DNA of 64,000 nucleotides from an uncultured Gammaproteobacteria bacterium (GTDB lineage Bacteria; Patescibacteriota; Microgenomatia; UBA8517): positions 5,983 through 69,982 of the forward strand of contig CAZBTH010000003.1 of assembly GCA_964494885.1 (NCBI GenBank). The letters run 5' to 3'. Under the pieces are notes generated by a model. It searched no databases. It saw only the letters and a program-made list of their open reading frames with translations, and was not told the origin of the DNA. Each line of letters starts with the position of its first letter. Position 1 is the stretch's first letter. A program made the translations under genes and the position numbers. Below, piece after piece: positions 9,077 to 19,117 of this stretch.

Positions 9077-9743
9077 GTGATGTGATTATATCAAGAATAT
9101 TGTCGCGATTCACAATTTGCCAGCCGTTTTCCATTGCAATTGCCTGGAGCTTCTCATTAGGCTCCATTACGAATGCGTGCTCAACGAGTTCCAACATATC
9201 AGCGTCATTTTCTGAATCCCCAACTGCAAAAGATCCGCCTTTGCCGTATTTTGAAACCAAATCTGCGACAATTCCTTTATTTCCCGCCAGACTTCGTTCA
9301 ACTCTTCCTGTAAATTTACCATCTTCTATCTCCGCAACCGAGGAAACATGATTTGGAACCCCAAAAATTTTCCCTAAAGCTTCGCACATAAACTGAAAGT
9401 TCGTGGTAACCAAAAAAATGTCATATGTATCTTTAATCTTAGAAGTAAGTTTTTCGAAATACGGAAAAAATTTGGCTTTGTTTTTTGATAGGTATTTAAA
9501 AGTGTCATCAAGCATTATTTTATAATCCACTTCTTTCAAGGCATTTGCTGAAACCTTGAGCATTGAATTTGCGGCGTCGGTATAGTTTTGATTGCCATTT
9601 TTGTATTCGTTAAGTTCCCAGAGTATTTTGTCCCAAGTCCCTTTGGCAATAAATCCTCTTTTTTCTTGGTCTTGAACCTGATCAAAAATGGAGTGACCTT
9701 CGTATATAACGCCGTCAATATCAAAAAGCGCTAGTTTTTTCAT
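9066..9743 (-). CDS. HAD-superfamily hydrolase (phosphoserine-phosphatase-like, subfamily IB)
   Basis: Motif I LFDIDGVI and motif IV GDSENDADML. Confidence 0.75.
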   Translation of the reverse strand: MKKLALFDIDGVIYEGHSIFDQVQDQEKRGFIAKGTWDKILWELNEYKNGNQNYTDAANSMLKVSANALKEVDYKIMLDDTFKYLSKNKAKFFPYFEKLTSKIKDTYDIFLVTTNFQFMCEALGKIFGVPNHVSSVAEIEDGKFTGRVERSLAGNKGIVADLVSKYGKGGSFAVGDSENDADMLELVEHAFVMEPNEKLQAIAMENGWQIVNRDNILDIITSHVK

Positions 9744-9839
9744 ATCTTTATTTTATATCATTTTGAAAAAATTAATTAAATAGCCTTCACACTGATATAT
9801 CTATATATAACGATGTATCAGAAAAATGTTAAAAAAACC

Positions 9840-9869
9840 TTGTTCTATTGTTCTAGAACAGTAGAACAA
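9840..9869. promoter_or_regulatory. Operator-like 17-bp inverted repeat between divergent genes
   Basis: TTGTTCTATTGTTCTAG / CTAGAACAGTAGAACAA, one mismatch, centred on CTAG. Confidence 0.5.
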
Positions 9870-10090
9870 ACAAATAGGATTTGGGGATTTTAGAGAGTTT
9901 CGAGATCATTTTCCTCTCTTTCGGTCGGTTCGTGTATTACAGGTGCCCCTCTCCCCTCGTGCCCGCTTCCAATTGTGCCCAACTCGTCATCAAGCTGGTC
10001 TTCTGAGTTTTGTTCTTGTCTTTCTGTCATATTGAATCACCCCCAATCGTATCGTGCACTAGGTTAGTCTTCTTTGGTATAATTCACCCC

Positions 10091-10318
10091 ATGGCACTTG
10101 CAGAATTTAATAAGTATGAGGATCCGGAAGTCCGTGCCTGGGCTATGATTTGGAAAGTAGCGCCTCAAATGGAAAGAGTCCGTCCTTTGACTGAAGGAGA
10201 CCAAGAAACTATCGATGAAATATCAAAACTCAGAACCGAAGGAAAATTGACAGATGCTCAAAAAAAGGTATTAGATACGATTGGGATGAATGTCTCAATC
10301 GACTACGACGGCTTTTAA
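10091..10318 (+). CDS. Small hypothetical protein (75 aa)
   Basis: MALAEFNKYEDPEV... The upstream part of the 10010 ORF is probably not coding. Confidence 0.35.
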   Translation: MALAEFNKYEDPEVRAWAMIWKVAPQMERVRPLTEGDQETIDEISKLRTEGKLTDAQKKVLDTIGMNVSIDYDGF

Positions 10319-11106
10319 CATATGCGCGTACCCGTTGTCTTTTTGCCCATTACTGCATTTTTGAGACTATTTTTTTCGTTTCCATTTACAATTGAGGTCG
10401 AAATATCATATTTTTTGGCTAAAGAAAGCGCCTGTTCAACTTTATGGAGCATTCCCCCTGTCACATCTACACTTTTTGCCCCAATAATTGAAGACTTTAA
10501 TTGATTAAAATTTTTATTCGTTATTACCGGAATAATGTTTCCTTTTTCGTCGTGAACTCCATTAACATCAGTGACGTAAATCATGCGAATTTTATAGTCT
10601 CTGACTAATTTCTTAGCAACGATAGAAAGTACTTTTTCTGTGGAAAAAATCGTGCAACCTTGCCCCCTGTCCATTATTACGTCTCCATATATGACAGGGT
10701 GCGACCCTGTCAGCAAAGCTTGTTTGATCGGGTCTAAATATGATTTATTAGATACTTGTGTATCAGAAATAATGAAACTTGCGGGAGAAAACGGAAAAAC
10801 CGGGAGATTTCCTTTGATGAAAATCTTTACTAAAATGTCATTTAGAGTTCTCGCCGCGTCTTCTACTATCGTCATTCCCATCAAACTCTTAGAATTGATA
10901 AGTCCTTTTTTTGTTTGATATTTTTTGGCGGGAGTATGTGCAAAAGACCCGGCGCCATGACCGATAACAATCGCGCAGGGAAACACTTTTAGTGCCGCTT
11001 TTATTTCCCCGCCTAATCTTTTTATATTTGCCGGTCGCGCAGTAAACTCCTTGGACTTATCCGTAATTACGCTCCCTCCAAGTTTTATAAATATTAGTTC
11101 TTTCAT
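10315..11106 (-). CDS. Amino-acid-kinase-family protein, probably isopentenyl phosphate kinase
   Basis: IKLGGSVITDK, HGAGSFAH, YGDV, DVTGG and NGN motifs match IPK/FomA-type kinases. Carries the palindrome GACAGGGTGCGACCCTGTC in frame at 10694-10712. Confidence 0.7.
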   Translation of the reverse strand: MKELIFIKLGGSVITDKSKEFTARPANIKRLGGEIKAALKVFPCAIVIGHGAGSFAHTPAKKYQTKKGLINSKSLMGMTIVEDAARTLNDILVKIFIKGNLPVFPFSPASFIISDTQVSNKSYLDPIKQALLTGSHPVIYGDVIMDRGQGCTIFSTEKVLSIVAKKLVRDYKIRMIYVTDVNGVHDEKGNIIPVITNKNFNQLKSSIIGAKSVDVTGGMLHKVEQALSLAKKYDISTSIVNGNEKNSLKNAVMGKKTTGTRIC

Positions 11107-11163
11107 CCCGCTATTCTAGCAGATTGGCAACAAGTGTTATACTTTCTATTGGTCTCAAAAAAA

Positions 11164-11721
11164 ATGGCAAGAACCTCACACTTCGACTCGCAAGGCTCGC
11201 TCGGTGCAAGCACTTTTGAGGCAGTTTTTGAAAAACTGGCTGTACCTCTAACCAAATTTGTAATCAAAAGAGTTTCAGGGGACTCTGAAGCGGTAGAAGA
11301 AGTACTCTCTTCCACTATGGTTGCCGCCTGGCGTGGGTGGAATTCGTTCCGTCATAAGTCGAGCTACTTCACCTGGATGTGCAGAATCGCTTTAAATAAA
11401 ATCGCCGATTATTACCACGATCAGGTGAATCGCAACTCAAAAATTGTGGTACCTCTTATAGACGCTTTTAATAATATTGATGATAAATCCCTTTCCCCGG
11501 AAGAATCGATTGCACTAGATGAACTAAGAAGGTCTGTAAACGATTGTTTAAATCTTATCTCCCCCGAAAAAAGACGCTTGTTGCAGTTTAGGTACTGGTA
11601 CGATCTTTCCTACTCCGAGATAAGTAAAATTTTTGGAATTAGCGAACGGGCAGTTGAGGGACAACTTTACCGCGCCCGTCATGAATTTGCGGAGATTTGG
11701 TCACGCGAAGGCAAAGTGTGA
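11164..11721 (+). CDS. ECF-type RNA polymerase sigma-70 factor
   Basis: Region 2 (IADYYHDQ) and region 4 HTH (LSYSEISKIFGISERAVEGQLYRARHEF). Start codon uncertain: 11134 or 11164. Confidence 0.75.
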   Translation: MARTSHFDSQGSLGASTFEAVFEKLAVPLTKFVIKRVSGDSEAVEEVLSSTMVAAWRGWNSFRHKSSYFTWMCRIALNKIADYYHDQVNRNSKIVVPLIDAFNNIDDKSLSPEESIALDELRRSVNDCLNLISPEKRRLLQFRYWYDLSYSEISKIFGISERAVEGQLYRARHEFAEIWSREGKV

Positions 11722-12281
11722 CCGTTCGGATACCAATCCCTTGTTTGTTTATAAATTGATAGCTCCTGGTGGGTCATTATTTGGACCTCTCCTATGTCCA
11801 GCAGGTTTGAACCCTTCCTTTGAAAAACAAAGTTTATATGCAAAGCGGAATAGATTGGACTCATGTGAGGGTTTGATTTTTCAATATGACCTGCGCGCAC
11901 TTCCGGATTTCTGTAATCTCTAGTGCTGGGTTTTCCCCACGGGAATACATTTGGCGTTAACGGGTATGCAGATTGAATCAAACGGGAAAGAGCCACCCTA
12001 TTTTCCTCTTCGGTAATAAACCTTACCCCATAAATATCTCCTTCCGGCACCACGGAATCTCTCCTTTTGATCTTGTTTTCAATTCTTGACAGCCCTTTTG
12101 CTCTATACCCACTTTCCTCCCAATCAATTTTTACATTATTTAAAACCAGAAAGTAAGAAAAACCAACAAACAATGATTTTGCCATTCTTTCCCGCGTTTC
12201 AACATCCGGAAGACTATTTATTTGCTCATAAACATTCTCAGGCATTCTGACAGCAATATTAAAATCTCTTTCTGTGTTCAT
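11679..12281 (-). CDS. Hypothetical protein
   Basis: ORF only. Overlaps the 3' end of the sigma factor gene by 43 nt. Confidence 0.4.
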   Translation of the reverse strand: MNTERDFNIAVRMPENVYEQINSLPDVETRERMAKSLFVGFSYFLVLNNVKIDWEESGYRAKGLSRIENKIKRRDSVVPEGDIYGVRFITEEENRVALSRLIQSAYPLTPNVFPWGKPSTRDYRNPEVRAGHIEKSNPHMSPIYSALHINFVFQRKGSNLLDIGEVQIMTHQELSIYKQTRDWYPNGHTLPSRDQISANS

Positions 12282-12328
12282 AAGGAAGAAAATTTTAACA
12301 CGGACAAACGGACATACAAGACCGTAAT

Positions 12329-13129
12329 TTAAAGGTGCGTCAGTTTATACCAGAAAATTTTGACGGGGAAAATTGGGAAGGCATTAAAGACACGTTTGAA
12401 TCGATCCGGTTCTGTAATAAGTCGATAGAACCACTCCAGACCTGCTTTTTCCATCCATATCGGAGGTAATTTGGAAACACCCGCAATATAGCGAAAAGTT
12501 CCACCTACTGCCATTGCTCCCTTGATTTTAAGTTTTGAAAGATTATTGTGAATCCAAATTTCCTGTTTAGGATTGCCAAATGCCACAAACAAAAGATCTG
12601 GAGCAAATTTGTTTATCTTGTCAATTGCATCTTTCTGTAATCTTTCGTCTACTTCCGTCTCAGGTTGTCCTTTTTGGTTCAATTTTGGTCCCGCTGCAGT
12701 TTCAATTTTTAATTTTGAATTTTTAATTTTTAACTTTGAAGCTGCTTTAGCAGCTTCATCCCCCAATCCACCGAGAAGAAACACTTTCCAATGTCTTTTT
12801 GCCGCCAGTTTGATCAAACCCTCAAAAAGTTTTCTGCCAGGAATGACATTTAAGCTCTTTCCAAAGAGGAATCTTGAAGCATAGGCAAGTCCCACACCAT
12901 CCGGTACTGCATAGTCTGCCGAATTGAGAGCAATCTTAAGCTCTTTGTTCTTCTGAGCCATTAAAACAAGCTCCGGGTTGGGTGTCACAATACTGAATTT
13001 TGTATTACAGGATATATTTTCTTCCACTCCTGTTAGCAATAAGTTAACCGAACTGCTAAGTATATTAATTCCAAGGATTTGTCCGTATTTCCGACCTTTT
13101 TTGTCTTTTTTTACTCTGATTTTGTTCAT
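12329..13129 (-). CDS. WecB/TagA/CpsF-family glycosyltransferase with an in-frame low-complexity insertion
   Basis: VTPNPELV, ADYAVPDGVG, LLGG, GNPKQEIW and AMAVGGTFRY are TagA-family motifs. The KLKIKNSKLKIE insert is encoded by a tandem DNA repeat at 12700-12745. Confidence 0.75.
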   Translation of the reverse strand: MNKIRVKKDKKGRKYGQILGINILSSSVNLLLTGVEENISCNTKFSIVTPNPELVLMAQKNKELKIALNSADYAVPDGVGLAYASRFLFGKSLNVIPGRKLFEGLIKLAAKRHWKVFLLGGLGDEAAKAASKLKIKNSKLKIETAAGPKLNQKGQPETEVDERLQKDAIDKINKFAPDLLFVAFGNPKQEIWIHNNLSKLKIKGAMAVGGTFRYIAGVSKLPPIWMEKAGLEWFYRLITEPDRFKRVFNAFPIFPVKIFWYKLTHL

Positions 13130-13551
13130 TAACTTTTAACTTTTAGCTCATAGCCTTTAACTTTTTATCCATTAGCCTCATATTTTCCGCAGGTAACTAC
13201 AACCTATATTGTCATTTGTATATTGTATATAGTATGTAGTATATAGGAAACGATAGAACTATACTAAGGGATAGTAGTACAAATTACGCATCAACTACAA
13301 ACACACAATATTGAACAAGTTTTTACTTCTTTTTTCAAATACGTATTCTAAAACTTATCCTCAATCGATCCTCAACTCGATTGACATTTTTTGGCTTATA
13401 CTATGAGTATTTATTTTAGAAAGATATTACTTACCAACCCTACTATTTTATTTAAATCAATAAGTGCAAGTCTTAAAGAAATACTAACCCTATAAGTTTA
13501 TCTTGTTCTAGTTTTTCCCCATACCCCATATTCTATATACGATATACTAGT

Positions 13552-14559
13552 TTATCCCCTCGTGCTGACACTTCTTTTCCAAAGCTCAATATTTTCAAGA
13601 ACTAGACCTGTTCCCCTAACAACGCACAAAAGTGATTCGTCGGCCACATGAGCAGGAACTCCGGTTTCTTGTGTCATCAGCTTGTCAAAATTCCTGAGGA
13701 GTGACGTTCCCCCACTCATTACAATCCCTTTATCTATTATATCTGCCGCAAGTTCAGGCGGCGTATCTTCCAGAACCGCTTTTACCCCACCTACGATTTG
13801 CATCAAAACAAGATTTATCGCCTCACCAACCTCAGTTGAAGTTATAATTACACTCCTGGGAAGTCCAAATACCAGATCGCGCCCGGATATTTCAAGTTTT
13901 TCCTCCTTGGCTAAAGGTGTGGCCGAACCAATTTTCAATTTGATTTCCTCGGAAGTCTGATCTCCGATAATCAAGTTATGTTTCTTTTTCAAATAATTCT
14001 GTATGGCCTCATCAATCTTATTTCCGGCAACCCTGACAGATTTGTGAGTAACAACTCCTCCAAGAGAAATTACGGCCGCCTCGGTTGAGCCTCCGCCAAT
14101 ATCTACTATCATATGCCCGGACGGTGCAGATACAGGAATTCCCGCTCCAATTGCGGCTGCCAGCGGCTCATCAATTAAATAGGCATGGGAAGCACCTGCG
14201 GAGAGGGTTGCATCCAAAGCTGCACGGCGTTCCACCTGTGTACAGCCGGCAGGTACACAAACCATCACATTTGGCTTGAAAAACTGGAATTTGCCGACTA
14301 CTTTACCTATAAAATACTTTAGCATTGCCTCGGTTATCTGATAATCCGCTATTACCCCGTCTCTCATAGGACGACTAGCAATAAGCGCCTCCGGAGTTCT
14401 ACCCAACATTTTTTTTGCCTCTTCCCCCACAGCCACTACTTTATTGTCATCGGCAGAAATCGCTACAACTGTGGGCTCATTCACTATCAACCCCTCTCCA
14501 GCCAACCAAACCAGAGTGTTGGCAGTACCTAAATCGATTGCGATGTTTTTACGAGGCAT
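13552..14559 (-). CDS. mreB: Rod-shape-determining protein MreB
   Basis: Actin-fold motifs AIDLGTANT and IVDIGGGSTE, conserved along the full length. Confidence 0.9.
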   Translation of the reverse strand: MPRKNIAIDLGTANTLVWLAGEGLIVNEPTVVAISADDNKVVAVGEEAKKMLGRTPEALIASRPMRDGVIADYQITEAMLKYFIGKVVGKFQFFKPNVMVCVPAGCTQVERRAALDATLSAGASHAYLIDEPLAAAIGAGIPVSAPSGHMIVDIGGGSTEAAVISLGGVVTHKSVRVAGNKIDEAIQNYLKKKHNLIIGDQTSEEIKLKIGSATPLAKEEKLEISGRDLVFGLPRSVIITSTEVGEAINLVLMQIVGGVKAVLEDTPPELAADIIDKGIVMSGGTSLLRNFDKLMTQETGVPAHVADESLLCVVRGTGLVLENIELWKRSVSTRG

Positions 14560-14679
14560 AATATTAATTCAAAAATCAAAATTAAAAAATCAAAATTTTG
14601 ACTTCTTACTTTTGAATTGTATCAAGGGCATTATATCAGAATTCAGAGATATCATTGGGAGTCTGATATAATATGAGCC

Positions 14680-15873
14680 ATGACTAAAGTCCGTATTTAT
14701 GTATTTTTGTCTACACTTTTAATAGTCGGTGTTTTTGGTGTTTTTGTTTCATTCTATGCAAGAGGATATCGTCTAAATCTCAAAACGTTTAAATTTGAAC
14801 CCAACGGGATTCTGGTGATAAAATCTGAACCTGATGGTGCCTCGGTTTATGTAAACAAAGAGCTGAAGGGTGCAACAAACACCTCCCTTTCCCTAGCACC
14901 AGGCAATTATGACGTTGAGGTCAAAAAAGACGGTTTTTTCCCCTGGTCCAAAAGACTCTCAATAGATAAGGAGATTGTGACAAACGTGTCTATTTCACTT
15001 TTTAAAAATGTCCCGTCGCTCTCCCCAATCACTTTTTCGGGAGCGATTAACCCGGCAGTGTCTCAAGACGGCACAAAAATGGCATTTTTGGTTCCAACTT
15101 CAAAAGATCCGGGAAACGACAAGGAAGGCTTGTGGAGTTTAGATACCTTTAATTTCCCGTTGGGGTTTTCCGGCGACCCTAAAATGATAACCGACGGCGA
15201 TCTTACGGGCTCAACGTATGTATTTTCACCCGACGCAAGACAAATCTTGCTAACTACATCTAACGGTATCTTTCTACTCGATTCCGGATCTTTTATTTCC
15301 CAGTCCCAAAGAATAAATATTGCCTCACGGGTGCCATCAATACTTGCTCAATGGGAAAACGAAAAGAAAATCAAAAATGAGAGTTTGGTTAGAAATTTAC
15401 CTCCGGACGTTGCTGACATTTTAACCAGAAAAAGTAAGACTTTTACTTTCTCCCCTGACGAAACGATGATCCTCTATACCGCAAGTTCTTCCGGAACATT
15501 GCCTGAAGACCTTATCAGCCAACTTCCCGGCTCATCTACTCAAAAACAAGAAAGAAATGTTAATGCGGGCTCAAGTTACGTTTATGATATCAAAGAAGAC
15601 AGAAATTTCCTGATTACCAATAACGAGGTTGTCGTAGGAGACACACCAAATTATTCTTTGCGTTGGATGCCTTCAAGCAAACATATTCTGCTTGCCCAAC
15701 CAGATCAAGTGATTATTATGGATTACGATGGTACAAATAGACAGGTTGTCTATTCCGGAAGTTACTTTGCGCCCTTTGCCTTTCCGTACAGGAATTCGAC
15801 AAAGCTTTTGATTCTAACAAACCTCGGGGCAATATCCCTAGTCCCCAACCTTTACACCCTAACGATTAAGTAA
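14680..15873 (+). CDS. PEGA-domain membrane protein with a beta-propeller-like C-terminal region
   Basis: N-terminal TM helix. PEGA signature GASVYVNKELKGAT...LAPGNYDVEVKKDGF. Confidence 0.65.
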   Translation: MTKVRIYVFLSTLLIVGVFGVFVSFYARGYRLNLKTFKFEPNGILVIKSEPDGASVYVNKELKGATNTSLSLAPGNYDVEVKKDGFFPWSKRLSIDKEIVTNVSISLFKNVPSLSPITFSGAINPAVSQDGTKMAFLVPTSKDPGNDKEGLWSLDTFNFPLGFSGDPKMITDGDLTGSTYVFSPDARQILLTTSNGIFLLDSGSFISQSQRINIASRVPSILAQWENEKKIKNESLVRNLPPDVADILTRKSKTFTFSPDETMILYTASSSGTLPEDLISQLPGSSTQKQERNVNAGSSYVYDIKEDRNFLITNNEVVVGDTPNYSLRWMPSSKHILLAQPDQVIIMDYDGTNRQVVYSGSYFAPFAFPYRNSTKLLILTNLGAISLVPNLYTLTIK

Positions 15874-15880
15874 ACTTTTG

Positions 15881-15952
15881 TGCCCTCAGAGGGAATTGAA
15901 CCTCCATCTTACCCTTAGGACGGGTCTGCTCTATCCGTTGAGCTATGAGGGC
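15881..15952 (-). tRNA. tRNA-Arg (anticodon CCT)
   Basis: The reverse complement folds as a cloverleaf. Acceptor GCCCTCA/TGAGGGC, anticodon loop GTCCTAA, T-loop TTCAATT. CCA not encoded. Confidence 0.8.
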
Positions 15953-15961
15953 ATATTTACC

Positions 15962-16036
15962 TGGTCGGGGTGCTGGGAATTGAACCCAGTGTCTTTACGT
16001 CCCGAACGTAACGTGATACCGATTCACTACACCCCG
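15962..16036 (-). tRNA. tRNA-Pro (anticodon CGG)
   Basis: Acceptor CGGGGTG/CACCCCG, D-stem GTGA/TCAC, anticodon stem TTACG/CGTAA, loop TTCGGGA, T-arm CTGGG-TTCAATT-CCCAG. CCA encoded. Confidence 0.85.
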
Positions 16037-16113
16037 AGTCATACGAGGGGTGCCAAGCTCTGCTTACACCCACATTAGGCTGATTATAACAGGAAAGTGG
16101 GTGTTCATACTAT

Positions 16114-16671
16114 GTGATAATATTATTTTATATGCCTTCTTCCCGCCCGGGATATGAATATCTTTCTGCTTATACACTTGGAAAAGTTATTCAGGATTTA
16201 ACCGTAGAATTTTGCAACCGCTACATAGATTGCAAGAGCAGAACCCACGACCAAATGGTGCAAGCGGCACGTTCCAATTGTCAAAATGTGGCAGAAGGCT
16301 TCAGTAACCCGTCACTAAAAGGTTATATTAAACTCGTAGGTATTGCTTACGGTTCAAATGAAGAACTAACTAAAGACTACCAGGATTTTTTAAGGCAACA
16401 CAATTTACCAATTTGGGAGAAAAATGACGAAAAAGTTAGGGTTTTTAGGGAATTTAGGGCAGTTTGGACTTCCCCAACCTCTCTAAATACCCCAACACCC
16501 CCAAACACCCCAACTGAGTTTGCCAATATGTTGCTTACTTTTTGCAACATGGAAGGCTTTTTACTTAAAAAGTTGGTTGCTTCACTTTTGGAAAAACACG
16601 AAAAAGAGGGTGGCTTAACAGAGGAACTATACAGAAAAAGAGTTGAATATCGCAAAAGCCACTCCATTTAG
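16114..16671 (+). CDS. Four-helix-bundle protein (TIGR02436 / 23S rRNA IVS-protein family, Avd-like), long form
   Basis: QNVAEGFSNPSL family core. Paralogous to 28060-28611. Confidence 0.6.
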   Translation: MIILFYMPSSRPGYEYLSAYTLGKVIQDLTVEFCNRYIDCKSRTHDQMVQAARSNCQNVAEGFSNPSLKGYIKLVGIAYGSNEELTKDYQDFLRQHNLPIWEKNDEKVRVFREFRAVWTSPTSLNTPTPPNTPTEFANMLLTFCNMEGFLLKKLVASLLEKHEKEGGLTEELYRKRVEYRKSHSI

Positions 16672-16686
16672 TGTAAAATCCATAAA

Positions 16687-17685
16687 ATGCTAGCCAAACT
16701 TAAACAAAAAATTATCGATAAGACTTCCGGTAAACGCAAAAACGAGACTTCTCCCGAGATCTTCGACGAGTTTAAGTTAAAAACCGGCAAAAAGAATCAG
16801 CTTTTTACTTTTTTTAAACCCGAAGTGTTTTTGAAAAAGACTCCGGATCAGATCGAAAAAATATTAGACTTGGTATTTAAAAAACTTGAGGAATATGAAG
16901 TCAGCGTTGACGGAGCCGCCCTTTTCCCGGGAGCAGCTATCGGCAAATACACAATAATGGATAAGCACTACGGCGTAATTAATACCCTATCTAAAAATGC
17001 CTCCAAAATTCTTAGCAAAGACGAACGTAATTTGGTCTTAAAGACTCTCGGTATAACAAACCCAAATACAAAGATATTGGGCGGGCACGAAGCATATGAA
17101 ATTTCTGGCTTCGGCAGAACTTACGATTTCGATACTTATTGGTTGGAGGCCCCCTCAACAAAAATTAAAAGTGGGTTCTATGTTAGAAAAATGAAAATTG
17201 GAGACAGCGAAACTGTTGTTGTAAACGGATTCCATCCCCATCAACTCGCCCACTACACCGAACCGGACAGATTTGTGGGAACGATGTTAGTCTCTTCTGA
17301 CCGTGACTGGTCGGTACTCAGAACCGAGATGCTGGGCGAAACCTTTCCGGATAAGGCGGTACCGGGTTCGATTCGCGGAATGCTATACAAAGATGCAAAA
17401 ACATACGGGTTTGAAACAGTAACCATCGCCAATAATGCCCTACATCTCTCAGCAGGCCCAACTGAAGCGTTATTCGAAATCGACAACTTTCTGAACAAGC
17501 CGTTTGGAATTGACTTCATAAAAGAAGAGGCAAACTTAAGTAAAAAATTAATGGATAAAGGTATAAAAGAAGAAGATATAAGGAGTATTATCAATGACAA
17601 AGAGGTTCATTCTCTTTTGGAACACAAGAATACCAGTGAAGCAATCGAATTGATTGAGTCAAAACTGATGCAGAAAGATATATAA
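16687..17685 (+). CDS. Nucleoside-diphosphate-kinase-like protein (divergent, extended to 332 aa)
   Basis: QLFTFFKPEVF resembles the NDK N-terminal strand. GSIRGMLY...NALHLSAG resembles the NDK active site (G-T-I-R-G-D ... N-x-x-H-G-S). Confidence 0.45.
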   Translation: MLAKLKQKIIDKTSGKRKNETSPEIFDEFKLKTGKKNQLFTFFKPEVFLKKTPDQIEKILDLVFKKLEEYEVSVDGAALFPGAAIGKYTIMDKHYGVINTLSKNASKILSKDERNLVLKTLGITNPNTKILGGHEAYEISGFGRTYDFDTYWLEAPSTKIKSGFYVRKMKIGDSETVVVNGFHPHQLAHYTEPDRFVGTMLVSSDRDWSVLRTEMLGETFPDKAVPGSIRGMLYKDAKTYGFETVTIANNALHLSAGPTEALFEIDNFLNKPFGIDFIKEEANLSKKLMDKGIKEEDIRSIINDKEVHSLLEHKNTSEAIELIESKLMQKDI

Positions 17686-17722
17686 ATACTTATTCTGTTT
17701 GTTAACGAATAACCTCTTCAAA

Positions 17723-19009
17723 CTATATCAAGAGCTTTTTATACTTCTCCCCGTCCTTGTATGGCCCTATTATGGCCAAATTCAAGTGATCTTTAACAAA
17801 TATCTTTTTAGCTTCGTTTACGACTTCTTCTTTTGTCACTTTACCGATTCTCTTGTAAAGTTCGTCCGGAGTTAAAACCTCTTTCAAAAACATCACCTGT
17901 TCTGCAAAAAAGTCGCCTGCTGCTTGAGTATCTTCCAAGGAAAGCGCAATATGGCCCTTAAGATATTCTTTTGTTTTTTCCAACTCCTTGGGGGAAATCG
18001 GAAACTTGCCGTCCGCCAGACCGTAGAGTTGATCCAGAATAACTTTAATTGCTTCTTCGCTCTTGCCCGTATCCACACCTGCATAAAACCCTGTATATCC
18101 TACTTCGTTAAATTTATCTCCTGCCGGTTTAACAGCGTATGCCAATCCACGACGTTCCCTGACTTCTATAAACAACCTTGAACTCATAGGCCCTGCCAGT
18201 ATTGTGGAAAGTACACTTTGGGCAAATCGTCCCGAATACCCCCTGCCCTCGCTTAAAAAACCAAGGATTATATGAGCCTGTTCAACCTTTTTGATTTTAA
18301 GTTTAAATTTAGGACTTTTTTGTTCCGCTTTAAAGGTCTGACCTTTAAAGTCACTTATAGTTTTTCCACCTAGTGGGTGGAGAGAAGTAAAATATTTATT
18401 TACTAATTCAAGGGCTTCTTTTTCTGTAATACCGCCAGAAACTGAAACAAACATATTTTCGGGATAGTAATGTCGTCCTCTGTAAAGTTCGAAGTCGCTT
18501 TTAGTTATTCGTTTTACGCTCTTTGCTTCCCCACCTATATCCCACCCCAATGAACTACCTTTAAAAATTAGCCCCTCAAAAACATCGTGAATTTTTACCA
18601 TTGGAGTATCCTCGTACATCGCAAGTTCCTGAATAATCGTCCCTTTTTCGCGTTCTATCTCCTCGGGTTTTAGAAGCGGAGAAAGAACCATGTCACTTAA
18701 TACATCCATTGCGGTTTCGACACTACCTGAACGGGATTTTATATAAAAATTTGTCCAATCCTTACTTGTTGCCGCATTAAACTCTCCTCCTATCGAGTCC
18801 ACCGCCTCACTAATTGCCTTAGCGGAAGGTCTTTTTGCACTACCCTTAAAAACCATGTGTTCTAAGAAGTGGCTGATACCGTTGATTCGTTTGTCCTCAA
18901 ATCTTGACCCGGTTTTGACCCACACAGTTACGGTTACCGACTCCAACCCCGGCATGGGGACAGTTACAACAGTCAAACCGCTTTTTAGTTTATGAAGTTT
19001 GTATTCCAT
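17723..19009 (-). CDS. M16-family zinc peptidase (pitrilysin/insulinase-like) with an in-frame REP insertion
   Basis: Inverted zinc motif HFLEHMVFKGS (HxxEH). The likely start is MEYKLHKL at 19009. Confidence 0.8.
   Translation of the reverse strand: MEYKLHKLKSGLTVVTVPMPGLESVTVTVWVKTGSRFEDKRINGISHFLEHMVFKGSAKRPSAKAISEAVDSIGGEFNAATSKDWTNFYIKSRSGSVETAMDVLSDMVLSPLLKPEEIEREKGTIIQELAMYEDTPMVKIHDVFEGLIFKGSSLGWDIGGEAKSVKRITKSDFELYRGRHYYPENMFVSVSGGITEKEALELVNKYFTSLHPLGGKTISDFKGQTFKAEQKSPKFKLKIKKVEQAHIILGFLSEGRGYSGRFAQSVLSTILAGPMSSRLFIEVRERRGLAYAVKPAGDKFNEVGYTGFYAGVDTGKSEEAIKVILDQLYGLADGKFPISPKELEKTKEYLKGHIALSLEDTQAAGDFFAEQVMFLKEVLTPDELYKRIGKVTKEEVVNEAKKIFVKDHLNLAIIGPYKDGEKYKKLLI
18328..18350. repeat. 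REP-like palindrome inside the M16 peptidase coding sequence
   Basis: CTTTAAAGGTCTGACCTTTAAAG, translated in frame as FKGQTFKA. Confidence 0.85.
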
Positions 19010-19117
19010 GAAGCTAGTATATAGTATATTGTATGTAGTATGTAGGGGGAGCGAAAACCATGAAACTAGGATATAGTACATTGTATATGGGGAAACATAG
19101 GCACAAGGACAAAAGAC

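Noticed and set aside
15878-16078. Plus-strand ORF of 66 aa predicted by the six-frame track
   Set aside because: It exactly overlies two convincing minus-strand tRNA genes (Arg-CCT and Pro-CGG) and is an artefact.
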